Shown here: positions 40,886 through 55,000 of the stretch, in pieces
Numbering within the stretch: position 1 is the first letter of the stretch
Layout: each line of letters begins with the position of its first letter
Source of the DNA: Camelus dromedarius
Lineage: Eukaryota
DNA: 64,000 bases
Reading direction: 5' to 3'
Assembly (NCBI RefSeq): GCF_036321535.1
Contig: NC_087437.1
Location: 23,686,001 to 23,750,000, forward strand
Made by a program: the position numbers and the translations under genes
Notes under the pieces: model-generated
Seen by the model: only the letters and a program-made list of their open reading frames with translations
Databases searched by the model: none
Told to the model about the DNA's origin: nothing

Positions 40886-42014
40886 TATGTTGATACTAAC
40901 TCAAGGGGTATCACTCTGCTCTAGGGAGAGAGATTGAAGATAAAGGGGAGAAAGGAGATCATTGATGGGACAAGGTGCCGTGGGAGGAGGAAAGCATCCA
41001 GAGCACCAGTGGTTTGGTTGCCTTTTTGATGCAAGGAAAGGCAGGTGCCTCTTCCTTTGTGACAAAAAGGGGAGAAAAGAAAGTACGAATGTGAATTCAA
41101 GTAAGTTTGTTGGTGGATTAGCAGGAAATTAGGGAAGGTCTACTTTGATGACTTCAGGTGTTTTAAGATAGTATTGGTGGTATTGGAGTCGTCCCATGTA
41201 TCTGACACATACATTGTCATAAAGTGATAATCTACAATTCCTCACGTGGTAGCAAAATTAAATTCTAGACAGCTACCTCCAGGTTACATCGATATCCCAA
41301 GAAGTGTGTGCAGTTGTAGCCATATTGATCCTAGCACTTGTTTTCTCATGTAGAAGCCAATAAAGCAAGGCTCTCCCACCAGTGTTTCTAAGATCTGCTG
41401 CATAGCAAAGGTAACTCTTTTGCTTAGAAGTAGGAATTACCTTTGGACAGTCGTTCAGTGGACACTTGGCTTACAGACTTATGGAATCCAAACCAAACCA
41501 AACTAATCTAAGCCCAAAACTTCTCTAGTCGTCCAGTAGTTTGAATACTAATTGTCCAGAATTGTTTGACTACTGATAACTGTCCTGCAGGCTTTGCACG
41601 TGGAGCAGTGCCAGTTGGTCCAAAGGCATTGCTAGTTGCACTGGGAATGCTGATTCCTACAGGATGGTTTGATACAGCTCTGAGAAGACCGTCCTTCAAG
41701 GGCAGAAAGAGCCAGCAAAGCTGACGTCCCACATGCACTTCCAAAGGCAATAAATACCAAAGTCCTTGGTAGAGCTGGGGAAGTTCCCAGTGGTAGCTCC
41801 TGCGAGCTGGCATAATTCTTATGATTTCATTAAATCGACAATACATTCTGTAGTAGCTACCTAAATATCTCCAACCTTGACATTTGAAGATGGGGTAATT
41901 TGGATGATTCCAGCGGTCCTCTAACATGTTTAATAAGCCTCCTTAATTTTTTTCCACTTGGGCCTTTCAGAAGCTCATGAAATTCCAGCTGAAATCTCAT
42001 AATTTAGTCTAGTG

Positions 42015-42205
42015 CTAAGATTCTCAATGTGTGGTCCCCATCAGCAGTGGCAGTAGCTTCACCTGGGAGCTTATTAGAAATGCAGATTATCAGGCCCCAC
42101 CTAAGAGGTGCTGAATCAGATACACTGAGAATGGGGTGCAGCAATCTGTGTTTTAATAATCCCTGCACATGATTTTGATGTGTGTTAAAGTTTGAGGCCC
42201 ACTAT
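42015..42205. mobile_element. MER5A DNA transposon
   Basis: ttctcaatgtgtggtcccc...cacctgggagcttattagaaatgcagatt...aaagtttgaggcccact. Confidence 0.75.
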
Positions 42206-42872
42206 CTTAATGAATGTCCAGAAATTAATAACTGGGAGCACTGGCATTTCTCCAAAATGTCAGCAGCCATTGGTCAGTGATTTATTTTGGTGAGTGACTT
42301 GGATAGTATTGGCTAGTATGATCTGCTTTACTCAGAGGCTGATAGAGTGTCATATTCACATAAGTAGCTGGTGAGACTAACAGGTAATGATTTCTATGCA
42401 TAATAGCATCTTGTTTTGAAGTACATTTTGAAATTCCAGTTACTTTGCTCTAAAACTCTATTATAGACCAACTTTCTGCAGCTTTCTGCAACTCTTCTAC
42501 CAATGTTTCATTGTGGATATGTGGATATTTGAACTATGAACATTCAATTAAATATGGCTATAATAACACTAACGTTCACTAAATGTTCAGTATGCACCAT
42601 GCACTGTGATAAAAATGATCTAATTTCATGTTCCAAGCAATGCTTTAATTAGTTATTATTACCACAGACGCAGTTTAGAGGGGATGAGTATCTTACCCCA
42701 GTGGTGCCAAATGCTGATTCAGTCAGACCTGATGGAGAGAGAAAAGCAGATGTGTCTTCCAGGGATTGTAGGCAGGTAAGTTTCATAGCAGGAATTAAGA
42801 ATGAGACAGATAACTTGGAAATTAAACTGCTCCACAGAATTTAGGAGCAAAAATTGTGGTATTTTCTCCTTC

Positions 42873-43331
42873 TTTTTCTTTTTTAACATTTTTTATTGAT
42901 TTATAATCATTTTACAATGTTGTGTCAAATTCCAGTGTAGAGCACAATTTTTCAGTTATACATGAACATATATATATTCATTGTCACATTTTTTTCTCTG
43001 TGATCTACCATAAGATCTTGTGTATATTTCCCTGTGCTATACAGTATAATCTTGTTTATGTATTCTACAATTTTGAAATCCCGTCTATCCCTTCCCACCC
43101 TCTGCCCCCTTGGCAACCACAAGTTTGGATTCTATGTCGATGAGTCTGTTTCTGTTTTGTATTTATGCTTTGTTTGTTTTTGTTTTTATTTGTTTTTTTG
43201 TTTTGTTTTGTTTTGTTTTTAGATTCCACATATGAGCGATCTCATACAGTATTGGTATTTTTCTTTCTCTTTCTGGCTTACTTCACTTAGAATGACATTC
43301 TCCAGGAGCATCCATGTTGCTGCACATGGCG
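42873..43331 (-). mobile_element. Young lineage-specific L1 3' end
   Basis: Poly(T) head plus a 3'UTR closely matching the copies at 50565, 60160 and 60411. Confidence 0.88.
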
Positions 43332-44189
43332 TTTCTTCTTTAAATTAATTTGATTCCAAGTCTCTTCTCACCATTGTGGTGAGAGATTCAGTCTCATGGT
43401 TTTTTTTTTTTTTTTTTTTTTGAGGATGTGTGTGTGTTGTCCTCCAACTAAAAGGTCATAAAAGACTGCTAAGGAATGTTACAGAGTATAGAAAACTGAG
43501 GAGAAGATCATAGACCAAGGTCCTGTGGTCCTCTTGAAGGCAAGGGCTTCTACTTCCTCCTGACTAGGCCAGAGTATAGGGTTTTTTATGTCAGTCTCCC
43601 AGGCCAAGCACCCAGTAAACATCTGTAGGCATACATGTGGGTCCATTTCCCTCTGGATCACTGAATGGGAGTAGGCGACTGATCCTTACCCCCTGGCAAT
43701 AGCTGCCTCAAGTCTACCCCTCTCTCTTTAGATGGGCCATTTCTGACACCTTCAAATTTTTTATTTCATCTATCTGGAATGATCCAAGTCATCCTTGTTC
43801 CAAGCATGAGTTTTTGCAAACAAAAACCTGCTATTTTCTTCCCCAGGTGGAAATCCTTACCATTAGGACAGGATTTACCTAGAACTTGAAATGAGAATCT
43901 TTGAATGACAAGGGCTGCTGTATCCAGACGCTTGTAATAAGGAAGAATAGCCTTTGTGTGGAAGTATTTAGGCCTCATTTTACTATATTTCACTGAGTCT
44001 TTATCTCTTTTATTCCCCTTAGGACAGGATCTGCATAGTTCTGATGTAGAGTGACCTGTTCTTTGAACCTTATCTCTCATTGAAACCTACCGTATCTAAG
44101 AATCATCATAAATAATTACCAGACAGTTATACAATGAGATAGAATTGGAAAATAAAATCATATATTAAAAACTATTTCATAGGTAACAC

Positions 44190-44545
44190 TGACTTAGTCA
44201 GTTTGACCTGCTGTAACAGAACACCATAGACTGAGTGGCTTACAAATAACAGAACTTTTTTTCTCATAGTTTTGAAGGCTGGGAGGTCCAAGATCATGAT
44301 TCTGGCAGATTAAGTGTCTGGTGAGGGTCACCTTCCAGATTCATAGTCAGCTGTCTGCTTGCTATAACTTCACATGGTGAGAGGGCAAGGAAGTTCTCTG
44401 GGACCCCTTTTACATGGGCACCAATTCGATTCATGTAGGCTCCATTCTCATGAGCGAATCACCTTCCAAAGGCCCACCTCCAAATACTGTCACATTGGAG
44501 ATTAGGTTTCAAAACTTCAATTGTGAGGGACACAAATATTCAGTC
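44190..44545. mobile_element. MLT1 (MaLR) LTR
   Basis: ctgctgtaacagaacaccatagactgagtggctta...ggctgggaggtccaagatca...ggtgaggg...attcagtcta. Confidence 0.75.
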
Positions 44546-44586
44546 TAGGGCAAACACAAATGAAGAAAAATCACCTGTTAAATCAT

Positions 44587-45938
44587 GTGATGGATTGTGA
44601 AAAAAAATGTTCACAATATTTCACAGTGCCTCCCATCAAGAAGTGGGATTTCTTTAAACGTCCTTTAAATGTGCATTTAGCCATGTGACTTGAGTTAGCC
44701 AATGGGACATTAACAAATTTGATGTAAGTAGTGACTTGAAAAGTGCTTGTGCTCTCTGGCTGCTTTTAGAACCCAGCTATCCTGTAGAGAAACGAGGCTA
44801 GCTATGAGTAAGTCCTGTCCTGAAAGGAAGACTGGCCATGGCTTTTTCTAATAGAGTGGGCTAACTCTGATACATCGAAAGCCACATAGTTTTTGAGAGA
44901 GTTGGGCTAGCATAGACTAAGAGAGATTGAGATAGTTTAAAATGGAAAGAGACTTCTGTCTCCAACTTTCAGTAGGTAGGAAGAAGGCTGCAAAAGCTAC
45001 TCAGTTAAAAACATGGCCATTTCATTTAGAAAGGGAAAAAAATAACTGAGAAGGCAAGAGTCCAAATCCCAGGGGGCACAGCCACAGAGAACAAGGGACT
45101 AGAGAGCCACTACCAGAGGGCAGAATATTCTCTGTTACCAGAATAAGGGGAACTGGTCCCCTTCTCAATTCTCAAATTGCTATTGACCAATGACTGCTAT
45201 GAAGATAGTATTTGTTTATTGTGGTTGTTTTGACCTTGGCTTACTAGAGTTGAGTGTCTCTTTTTAGTTTTAAAGTCTCTGAATCAAGAGGAGCTGCATG
45301 CAGTATCTTCACTTGCATTCACAGAAGATGCAGATCACGTGATACTGGGCTTGAACCTGATGCCATAGTTGAAAGAGAGTTTTGGAAGTTCTGAGAGGGT
45401 TGAGGATACTTTGCATGTGGAGAGAATGAAATAATTGTAACCAGAGGGTCTACAATGATAGATTGCAGGGGATTAAAGAAAAACACACACACAATATTTT
45501 GCAGCAAATTCCATAAAGAAATTGAGTCTATTTTTCCACTCCTCCAATCTGGACTTGGCTATTTGACTTGCTTTGGCTAATGAATGGGACATTAGTAAAT
45601 ATAACAGAAACAGAGGCTTGAAGTGAGCGTGAACATTTGAGCATGCTTCCTTGCTGCCTCTGTAATATAGTCATCATGTGTAAAAGCTTTGGATAGCTCC
45701 CTAGATGATGAAAGCTATGTGGCCTATTGCCTCTGTTGCCTCAGACAACAGCCAGACTTCTGAATGAGGCCATCTGGGATGAGACAGTCCCCAGCCAATC
45801 TGTTAATTGACTGCACGTGCATGAGTGAGCCAGGTCTTGACCAGGAGAACTATACAGCAGAATCCTAGACTAGATACAATCATCATTTTAAGTTCCTAAA
45901 TTTTGGGTTGGTTTATTATGCAGAAAAAAATCATACAA
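44587..45938 (+). mobile_element. Old MaLR element: two related LTR pieces around an internal remnant
   Basis: Similar starts at 44587 and 45456 (tgat.gattg...acaatattt...gactt...aatgggacatta); 3' end ttttgggttggtttattatgcag. Confidence 0.55.
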
Positions 45939-45959
45939 ATAGTTTTAGTGAAACAAAAC

Positions 45960-46019
45960 TTTATTTAGATACTCTAAGTGAAAGTTGTTTAATCTTGCTG
46001 AGGTGTGGCGAACTTTATT
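45960..46019 (-). terminator. Candidate polyadenylation signals of the PLSCR-like gene
   Basis: tttatt on plus (AATAAA on minus) at 46014-46019 and 45960-45965, shortly after the stop codon. Confidence 0.6.
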
Positions 46020-46055
46020 GCCAGTAATCTCTGGCATAATCTTTCAGGATGATTC

Positions 46056-46085
46056 TTATGACCAAAGTTCAAAATACATGTAGTC
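46056..46085 (-). CDS. PLSCR-family terminal coding exon (DYMYFELWS*)
   Basis: ttttcattttcatcctAG|GAC TAC ATG TAT TTT GAA CTT TGG TCA TAA. Matches the conserved terminal D(F/Y)M(F/Y)FE motif in phase 0, followed by two AATAAA signals. Confidence 0.88.
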   Translation of the reverse strand, partial: DYMYFELWS

Positions 46086-48592
46086 CTAGGATGAAAATGA
46101 AAAATAAATGTCATTAGATAGGCTTAATAATAGAAACGGGTACAGACCTTAGACATGAGAGTGCTTTTTGGGTCCTGTGTTATAATAACATGATTATAAA
46201 ACATATTAAAATAGAATTCTGAGGATCAGAACTATTAGGAACTAACTTCTAAGGGCTTAACAATGATTGATTGACTACTCTTAAATACACTAAAATAATA
46301 CATTTGAATATAATGGTCCTTAGAGAACAGCAACTAATTCCACCTCATTTTCTCTCTTTATTTTTTCATTCCTATACATTCAAAATAGAAAAATTTATGA
46401 AGAGAGAAGGGAAAATTTACCATTTCAATTCTCCCAAGGTCTGCCATTAATATTTTGGCTCAAATTACTTCCAAATACGCAACTGGTATTATAATATGCT
46501 TATATGCTGCTTTTTTTTATTCACTGCATAGTATATGCTGAATATTCATGTCATTAAAGTTCATTTATGAACATTTATTTTGAGTCTTTAGCATTCTGTT
46601 TTAGAAATATCTCTTAATGTGCTTAATACATCTCATACCTTAAATTTTAGGTTTTAATTTTTTTATTTATTAGAGTGAAGTTTGCTACATAGGATATACA
46701 TTTCTATTTACTAGAATACACATAATTGTTTGTATGCATCTCCTGATGTTTTTTGGAAGAAACTAATGCATATGAAAATATAAACATTAATTTTTTTGAT
46801 AGATGTTTTCCATTTGTTCCCCCAAAATTGCACCTGTAGCTCATGAGTGTTTGAATCCTTAAAACTTCATCAGCATTCAGTTCATCATTCGGGGAAATAA
46901 AAGTGAAAAGGGATATTTTATTGTTTTTTTTCTTCATGTTTTTGAAATGTTGTTAATATGGTTATTGGTTATTTGTATTCCTTCTTTAATGGCTGTATAA
47001 ATTAGTTTTTCATATTCTTTGTCCATTTCCATTTGGAATTTGATATTTTTTTCTCATTTAAGTAAACATTTATTAATATAAGGATATTAATTCTTGGTCA
47101 TATTTGAAACATATTTTACTCTATTATTTGCTTTTGAATATTTAATGGTATGATCTGTTTTGAGGTACAGAAGTTTAAAATATTTCTAATTTAGCAATCC
47201 GTTACTGTATGATTTACTTGCTTTGAAAGTTCTTTTTCATCCAGAGACCAGGTGTGGATCTGTTTGTTCATTTATCTTTGATCAATAATTCAGTATTTCT
47301 TTCCTTATGCTTCCTTTGGGTTTGTTCTGTTCTTTTACTAACTTTTTGGAGATAGGTACTAGGTTCATTAATTTTCACTTTTCTTCTTTTCTTCAATAAG
47401 TTTTTACAGCTATACATTTCTCTTTAACATTTTTAGTTATATCCAAAATTTTTAACATGTCATATGCTAGTTACTATACAATCTGATGTATTTTTAAAAT
47501 TTCATTACACATTACTTTTTATCCCTGAGTTATTTACATATTTACATATGTACAAAGTATTTTAAAATGTTTCTTTATCAACTTCTGATTTAGTATTACT
47601 AGCTCAGATATCATGGTCCAGATGACACCAATTCCATGAGACTTGTTTCTTGGCCCAATAGGAGAAAAATTGGTGTTAAAAAAAAGTTTGAGAACAATGT
47701 ATACTGTCTACTTGCTTGATACAAAGTTTTACATCAAGCTTGTTCATTTTGTTGTTCAAATTTAAATAACTTTACTAAGGTTCTGTCTTCTGCATCAAGT
47801 AAAAATTGAAAAGTATGCACCCACTATAATGATGAGTTTGTCACTAACCACATACCATTTTCTCTATATTGAGGTTTATATTAGGTGCACAGGAGCCTAG
47901 GATTATTGTATCTTCTTTTGAATAGAACTTTTATCATTATGTAGTTACCCTCTCTGCCTCTGTCCCTAACAGTGTTTTTTGTCTTAAAGTCTACTTTTTT
48001 ACCTGGTAATAAGTTAGCTTTATTAGCTTATTTGTGGTTAGTATTTTTCTGTTAATTTTCCCCATATTTTCTTCTTTCATTTTTTTGTCATTATAGTAAT
48101 TTGTCTCCTATACAGAGCCTACAGATAATTTAAAAATCAAATTGAGCGATATGTATCATTTTACTTGCAAGCTTTGACCATTTATATTTATTGTGGTAAT
48201 TATAAAATATTGTATAGAATATATTTAATTGACATCTTAATATAACTGAATAGGTAGATTTATTTCTACCATTTTAATTCCTATTTCTGTTTGCCCCATT
48301 TTCTCTATGCTTTTTTCTCTTTCTTTTTCCCTCAAATGGATTTTTTATATGTTTGCTTGCTTGCTTGTGTTTTATTCTCATTTTTCTCTCTACTAGTTTG
48401 ATGTACAGTCTATTTCATTGTTTTATTGGTTGTCCATAAAACTAACATTCATATTTAACTTAACTCACCTCCTGAACAATACAAGGACATTACAACATTG
48501 TAATTCTGATCATTTTCTCACAGTTTATATAATTTTTTCCCTATTATTTTAGCTTTGCTTCTTTTTGACCTCACAAATTAGACATTTGCTGT

Positions 48593-49048
48593 TGTCAGTG
48601 GCGCGATATCATGTACACACGAACACCGTGAGGAGAGAAGCGAAGCAGTTCTCTGTTTATTGATTCTTAGAAAAGGATTTATATAGAACATGCATGGTGT
48701 CTCACATATCATCTAAGTTATAACAATGTTAATAATTTTAAGCTATTTAGGTTCCCAGGCTCCAGGTTCCCAGGCTTCTGCAGTAAGCACAGGTTATTAC
48801 ATGATCAAGGACAGATTGTTTTAAAGTTTGTCATGAAACTTCATTAAGTAGGCCATCTCTTACCCAGCCGGCTGTGCCTGTCTTAGGTTGTCCTCCTCTG
48901 AGGATCTTACCCGTCATTGGCTATCCAGCCGTCCATACTGGATACATTAAATAGACCATCTCTTACCCAGCCAGCTACGTGACATTTCTCACAGTTTATC
49001 AGTTCAGCCCATGGCTTATTCTCTAGAGCCTTCAGGCGGGGGCCTACA
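48593..49048 (-). mobile_element. Young solo LTR (CpG-retaining, beta-like layout)
   Basis: TG...CA termini and TSD gctgt/gctat. On minus, TATATAAA (48678-48685) lies just before AATAAA (48656-48661). Internal repeat ccatctcttacccagcc at about 48852 and 48956. Confidence 0.8.
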
Positions 49049-49059
49049 GCTATTATTAT

Positions 49060-52000
49060 TTTTAATTGAGGTATAATTGACATATAACATTATGTTAGTT
49101 TCAGATATACAACATAATGAGTCAATATTTGTATACACTGCAAAATGACCATTACAATAAGTCTAGTTGTCATCTGTCATCATACAAAGTTACAATTTTA
49201 TTTTCTTATAATGAGAACTTTTAATATTTACTATCTTAGAACCTTTCAAATATACAATGTTATTGACTATAGTAACCATGCTGTACATTACATCCCATGA
49301 CTTATTTATTTTATAACTCGAAGTTTGTACATCTTGACCCTTAACCCATTTTGCCCATCCTCCAATCTTTTCTCTGTATCTAGTAGTTTAATTTAGTTTT
49401 GTTTGTTTTGTCTTTTAGATTCCACATATCAGTGAAATCATATGGTATTTGTCTTTCTCAGTCTGACAGATTTCACTAACTATAAAACCCTGGAGGTCCA
49501 TCCATGTTGTTGCATTTGGCAAAATTCATACATTGTGACAAAAGACAAGATTTCGTACTTTTTTATGGCTGAGTAGTATTCCCGTGTGTGTGTGTGTGTG
49601 TGTGTGTGTACACAACACATCTTTCTTTTTCACTTATCCATTGATGGACAATAGATTATTTCCATAAGTTGTCTACTTTGAGGGTGCAGTATTTTCAAGT
49701 TAAATTTTTTATTTTCTAAGGGAAATACCTGGAAGTGAATTACTGGATCATATGGATGTTATATTTTTAATTTTTTGAGAAGCTCTGTACTGAATTACAT
49801 AGAGGCTGCACCCGTTTACACAAGCAGTGCACAAGGTTCACTTTTCTCCATGTCCTTGCCAACACTTCTTATTTCTTGTGTTTTTGATAATAGTCATTCT
49901 AACCAATGTGAGGTGATATCTCATCAAGGTTTTGATTTGCATTCTGCTGATGATTAGTGATGTTGAGTACCTTTTCATGTGCCTGTTGGCCATCTATATG
50001 TCTTATTAGGGAAAATGTCTATTCAGATCCACTTCCCATTTTTAAATCAGAATGTTCATTTTTTAACTATGGAGTGTATGAGTTACAGTTATATTTTGGA
50101 TATTAACCCCTTACTGGATGTATAATTTATAAATATCTTCTCCCATTCAGTTGGTTGCCTTTTCATTTTGTTGATGGTAACCTTGATTTTTAGTTTGATA
50201 TAGTCCCACTTGTTTGTTTTTGCCTTTTATGTCTTTTCCTTAGGAGTCATATCCAAAAATCCTCACCAAGACCAATGTCAAGGAGCTTATCACCTATGTT
50301 TTCATCCAGGACTTTTATGGTTTCAGGTCTTATATTCAAGTCTTTAAAATATTTTGAGTTAATTTTTGTGCATGATCTATGATAGTAGCCTAATTTTATT
50401 CTTTTGCATGTGGCTGTCCAGTTTCCTTAACACCATTTATTGAAGAGACTGTCCTTTCCCCATTGTATATTCTTGGTTCCTTCATCATAAATTAATTGAC
50501 TATATAGGCATGGGCTTATTTTGGGGGTCTCTGTCCTGTTTCATTTATTGAAGGGGCTGTTTTTCTTTGTTTGTTTGTTGTTGTTGTTGTTGTTGTTTTT
50601 AACATTTTTTATTGACTTATAGTCATTTTACAATGTTGTGTCAAATTCCAGAGTAGAGCACAATTTTTCAGTTATACATGAACATACATATATTCATTGT
50701 CACATTTTTTTCGCTGTGAGCTACCACAAGATCCTGCATATATTTCCCTGTGCTATACAGTACAATCTTGTTTATCTATTCTGCATTTTAAAATCCCAGT
50801 CTGTCCCTTCCCACCCCCTGTCCCCCAGCAATCCCAAGCTTGTACTCTATGTCTATGAGTCTGTTTCTGTTTTGTATTTATGTTTTTTTTTTTTTTTTTT
50901 TTAGATTCCTCATATGAGCGATCTCACATGGTATTTTTCTTTCTCTCTCTGGTTCACTTCACTCAGAATGACATTCTCCAGGAACATCCATGTTGCTGCA
51001 AATAGCGTTATGTTGTCGGTTTTTGTGGCTGAATAGTATTCTATCATATAAATATACCACATCTTCTTTATTTAGTCTTCTGTTGATGGACATTTAGGCT
51101 GCTTTTTTATGTCAGTATCATACATACTATTTTGATTACTGTGGCTTTTTAATATAGTTTGAAATCAAGGGGCATGATGCCTCTATCTTTGTTCTTCTTT
51201 CTCAAGATTGCTTTGGTTTTCAGGATCTGTTTTGGTTCCATAAAAATTTTAGGATTGTTTGATTTCTGTGAAAAATGTCTTAGGAATTTTGATAGGGATT
51301 GCTTTGAATGTGTAGATTTCTTCGGGAAATATGGACATTTTAACAATATTAATTCTTCCAATTCATGAGTACATAATATCTTTCCATTTATTTGTATCTT
51401 CTTTAGCTTTGTTCATGAATATCTTATAGTTTTCAGTGTACAGGTCTTTCACTTCCTTGGTAAATTTATTCTTAGTTATATTATTCTTTTTGAGTCCATT
51501 TTAAATGAGAGTCCTTTCTTAACTTTTGTCTCTGATAGTTCATTATTTGTGTATAAAAACACAACAGCTTTTTGTATATAAATTTTATACCTGTACCTTT
51601 ACTGATTTAGCTTATTAGTTCTAACAGTTTTTTGGTAGAGTTCTTAAAGTTTTCTATGTATAAAATTGTGTTGTCTGCAGATAATGACAGTTTTATTCCT
51701 TCCTTTCTAACTTGAATACGTTTTATTTCTTTTTTATCATTTAATTGCTCTAGCAAGGTCTTCCAATACTCTGTTGAATGAAAGTCAGGAGAGTAAGCAT
51801 CCTTGTCTTGTTCCTAATCTTAGAGGAAAAGCTTTCAGCTTTTTGCCATTGACTATGATGTTAGCTGTGGGCTTGTCATATACGGCCTTTATTATGTTGA
51901 TGTGTGTTCCCTCTATTTTGTTGAGTGTTTTTAACATAAGTGGATGTTGAATTTTGTCAAAAGCCTTTCTACCTCTATTGAGATGATTATATGCTTTTAT

Positions 52001-55000
52001 ATTTCATTTTGTTAATGTGTCTCATGTGGGTAGATTTGCAGATGTTATAATTCCTTGCATCCCTGGAATTAATTCCATTTGGTCATAGTTTATTATCCTC
52101 TTAATGTATTGTTAAACTCAATGTGCTCATTTTCTGTTGAGGATATTTGTACCTGTGTTCATCAGGGATGTTGACCTGTAATTTTATTTTATTGTAGTGT
52201 TACTGTTTGGTTTTGGTATCAGGGTAATGCTGGCCTTATAAAAATGAGTTTGGAAGCATTCTCTCTCCTTCAATTTTTTGGAATAGTGTGAGAATAGGTA
52301 TTAAAGCTTCTTTAAATGTTTGGTAGAATTCACCAGTGAAGCTATCCGATCCTAGACTTTTGTTTGTTTGGAGGTTTTTCATTACTGGTTTAATATCCTT
52401 ACTAGTAATCGGTCTATTCAAATTTTATGTTTCTTCATGAATTTGTCTCGGAAGAGTGTATGTTTCTGGGAATTTGGTCATTTCTTCTAGGTTGTCCAAT
52501 GTGTTGGCATATAATTGTTCATAGTAGTCTCTCATAATCCTTTGTATTTTTTGGTATCTGTTGTAGCTTCTGATTTATTTCTGACTTTATTTATTTGATC
52601 CTTCTTTTTTCTTGATAAGTCTAGGTAAAATTTGTCGATTTTACTTATCTTTTTGAAGAAACAGCTCTTAGTTTCATTGATCTTTTCCATTGTCTTATTA
52701 GTCTATATTTCATTTGTTATTGCTCTGATCTTATTAATTCTTTCCCTCTACTAACCTTTGGCTTTGTTTGTTCTTTTTCTATTTCTATTAGGTATAAAGT
52801 TAGATTGTTTGAGACTTTTATTTTTTGAAGTAGGCTTGTTTTGATATGAACTTCCCTCTTAGAACCAGTTTTGCTGCATATCATAGATCTTGGCATGTTG
52901 TATTTCCATTTTGATTTGTCTCAAGGTATTTTCTGGTTTCTCTTTGATTTTATGGTTGACCCATTGGTTGTTACATAATATGTTATTTGAGCTCCACATA
53001 TTTGTGATTTTTTCATTTTTCTCGTAATTAATTTCTAGTATTAAATCATTGTGGTCAGAAAGATGCTTGATACAATTTCAATCTTCTGATTTATTGAGGC
53101 TTGTATTATGGCCTAACATGTGATCTAGCCCAGAGAATGTTCCATGTGCTCTTAAGAAGAAGGGTATTCTGCTGCTTTTGGATGGAATGTTCTATGTATT
53201 AAATCCATCAAGTTTAATGTGTCATTTAAAGCTGATCCTTCCTTATTGATTTTGTTTGGATGATCTATTCATTGATGTAAGTGAGGTATTAATATATTCC
53301 TATTGTACTGCTGTCAATTTCTCCCTTTTGGTCTATTAATATTAGCTTTATATATTTAGGTTCCCCTTTGTTGAGTGCATTAATATTTACAAACGTTACA
53401 TCTTCTTGTTGGATTGACTCTTTATTGTTGTGTAATTCCCATCTTTGTCTATATTACAGTGTTTATTTTAAAATTTATTTTGTCTGATATAGCTATCCCA
53501 GCTTTCTTTTGGTTTCCATTTATATGAAACATATTTTTCATCTCTTCACGTTCAGTCTGTGTGTCCTTACATCTATAGTGACTGTCTTGTAGGCAGCACA
53601 TAGATGGTTCTTGTTTTCATTCATTCAGCCATTCTATGTCTTTTGATTGGAGACTTTAGTCCATTTGCATTTAAAGTCATTTTTGTTAGGCATGTATTTA
53701 CTGGCATTTTTGTTCATTGTTTTCTGGCTGTTTTATAGTTCTTCTCTTTTTCTCTTGTTCCCTTACCTTGTGTTTCGATGACTTTCTTTAGTATTATCAC
53801 TAAATTCCTTTTTAAATTATATTTGAGTATCTATTACAGTCTTTGCTGATCTGGAAAGCTCTCTCTCTCCTTCTGTTCTTAATGATAATCTTGCCTGGTA
53901 GAATATTCTTGGTTGGAACGTTTCCTTTCAGCACTTTGAGTATAACATGCCACTTTCTTCTGGCTGACAAAATTTCTATTGAAAAATTTGCTGATAGCCT
54001 CATGGGGGTTCCCTTGTATGTAACAGGTTATATTTCTCTTGCTGCTTTTGATTCTCTCTTTAACTTTTGACATCTTAATTATAATGTATCTTGGTGTGGA
54101 TCTCTTTGTGTTGCTCTTATTTGAAGTGGTTTTTTTTTTTTTTTTTGGTGTCTTCCCTTATTCTTTCATTTATTGCATGTTTCTTCATTTTGCTTGACTC
54201 TCTATGTTTGTTTCTGTGTTAGGCAAAGGAGCTACCTCTCCCAATCCTGAAGAAATGGCCTTCTACAGGAGATGAACCATGTCCTTTGACCTTTCCTTAG
54301 CTCTTGGTTATCTCTCAAACCTTTGTGATTGTCTAAGCACCCACATTTAGTCTTCATAGGTCCTAGTTGTTGAGGCTGTTACAAGACATGTCACTGTGCA
54401 GAAGGAAGGATCTCAGTCAGTACCTAGTTTCAGGCTCACTGGGAGCCAGACTCTCAGGCAGCAGCTTCTAAGGTATACAAATATATATAGTCCTGTGGGA
54501 TTGCTGTCATAAACCCAGTTGGACTCCAGATCAAGTAATTTGGAGGAATCCTCTTAGTGACGTTTGAAGAAATTCACACCCTAGATGAGTGTATAAGCTC
54601 CTTCCTGGTAGATACCAGAAAGCTGAAGCTAGGCCAAGAGAGAATGCAAAAATGGCATCTCCCTACCTATATTCCCTGGGGTCAGCTTTATAGCGTCTAG
54701 CTGTGTGACAAACTTGAAGCCTACCCCTCAAGCTGAGGCTCTGGGACCAGTAAATAGGCCTTTTTCACAGAAAGACTGGAGCTGTGTTTCAGTCTGCTGT
54801 CTATACCATGGTCTGGGGGGTGGTAGCCTTTTAAGAACTCTCTGATTGTTTCAGTCCCATGGGGCTCAGAAACAAGCACTCTTGGCTACCAGAGCCAGGT
54901 GATGAAGAGGTATCTCCATTGTGGACTGTACACACCTGTTGGCTTTGCCAGGGCTGCAGGTGAGCTTGGGGCCAGGGCATGCCTGCTGCCTTTAGCAAGG

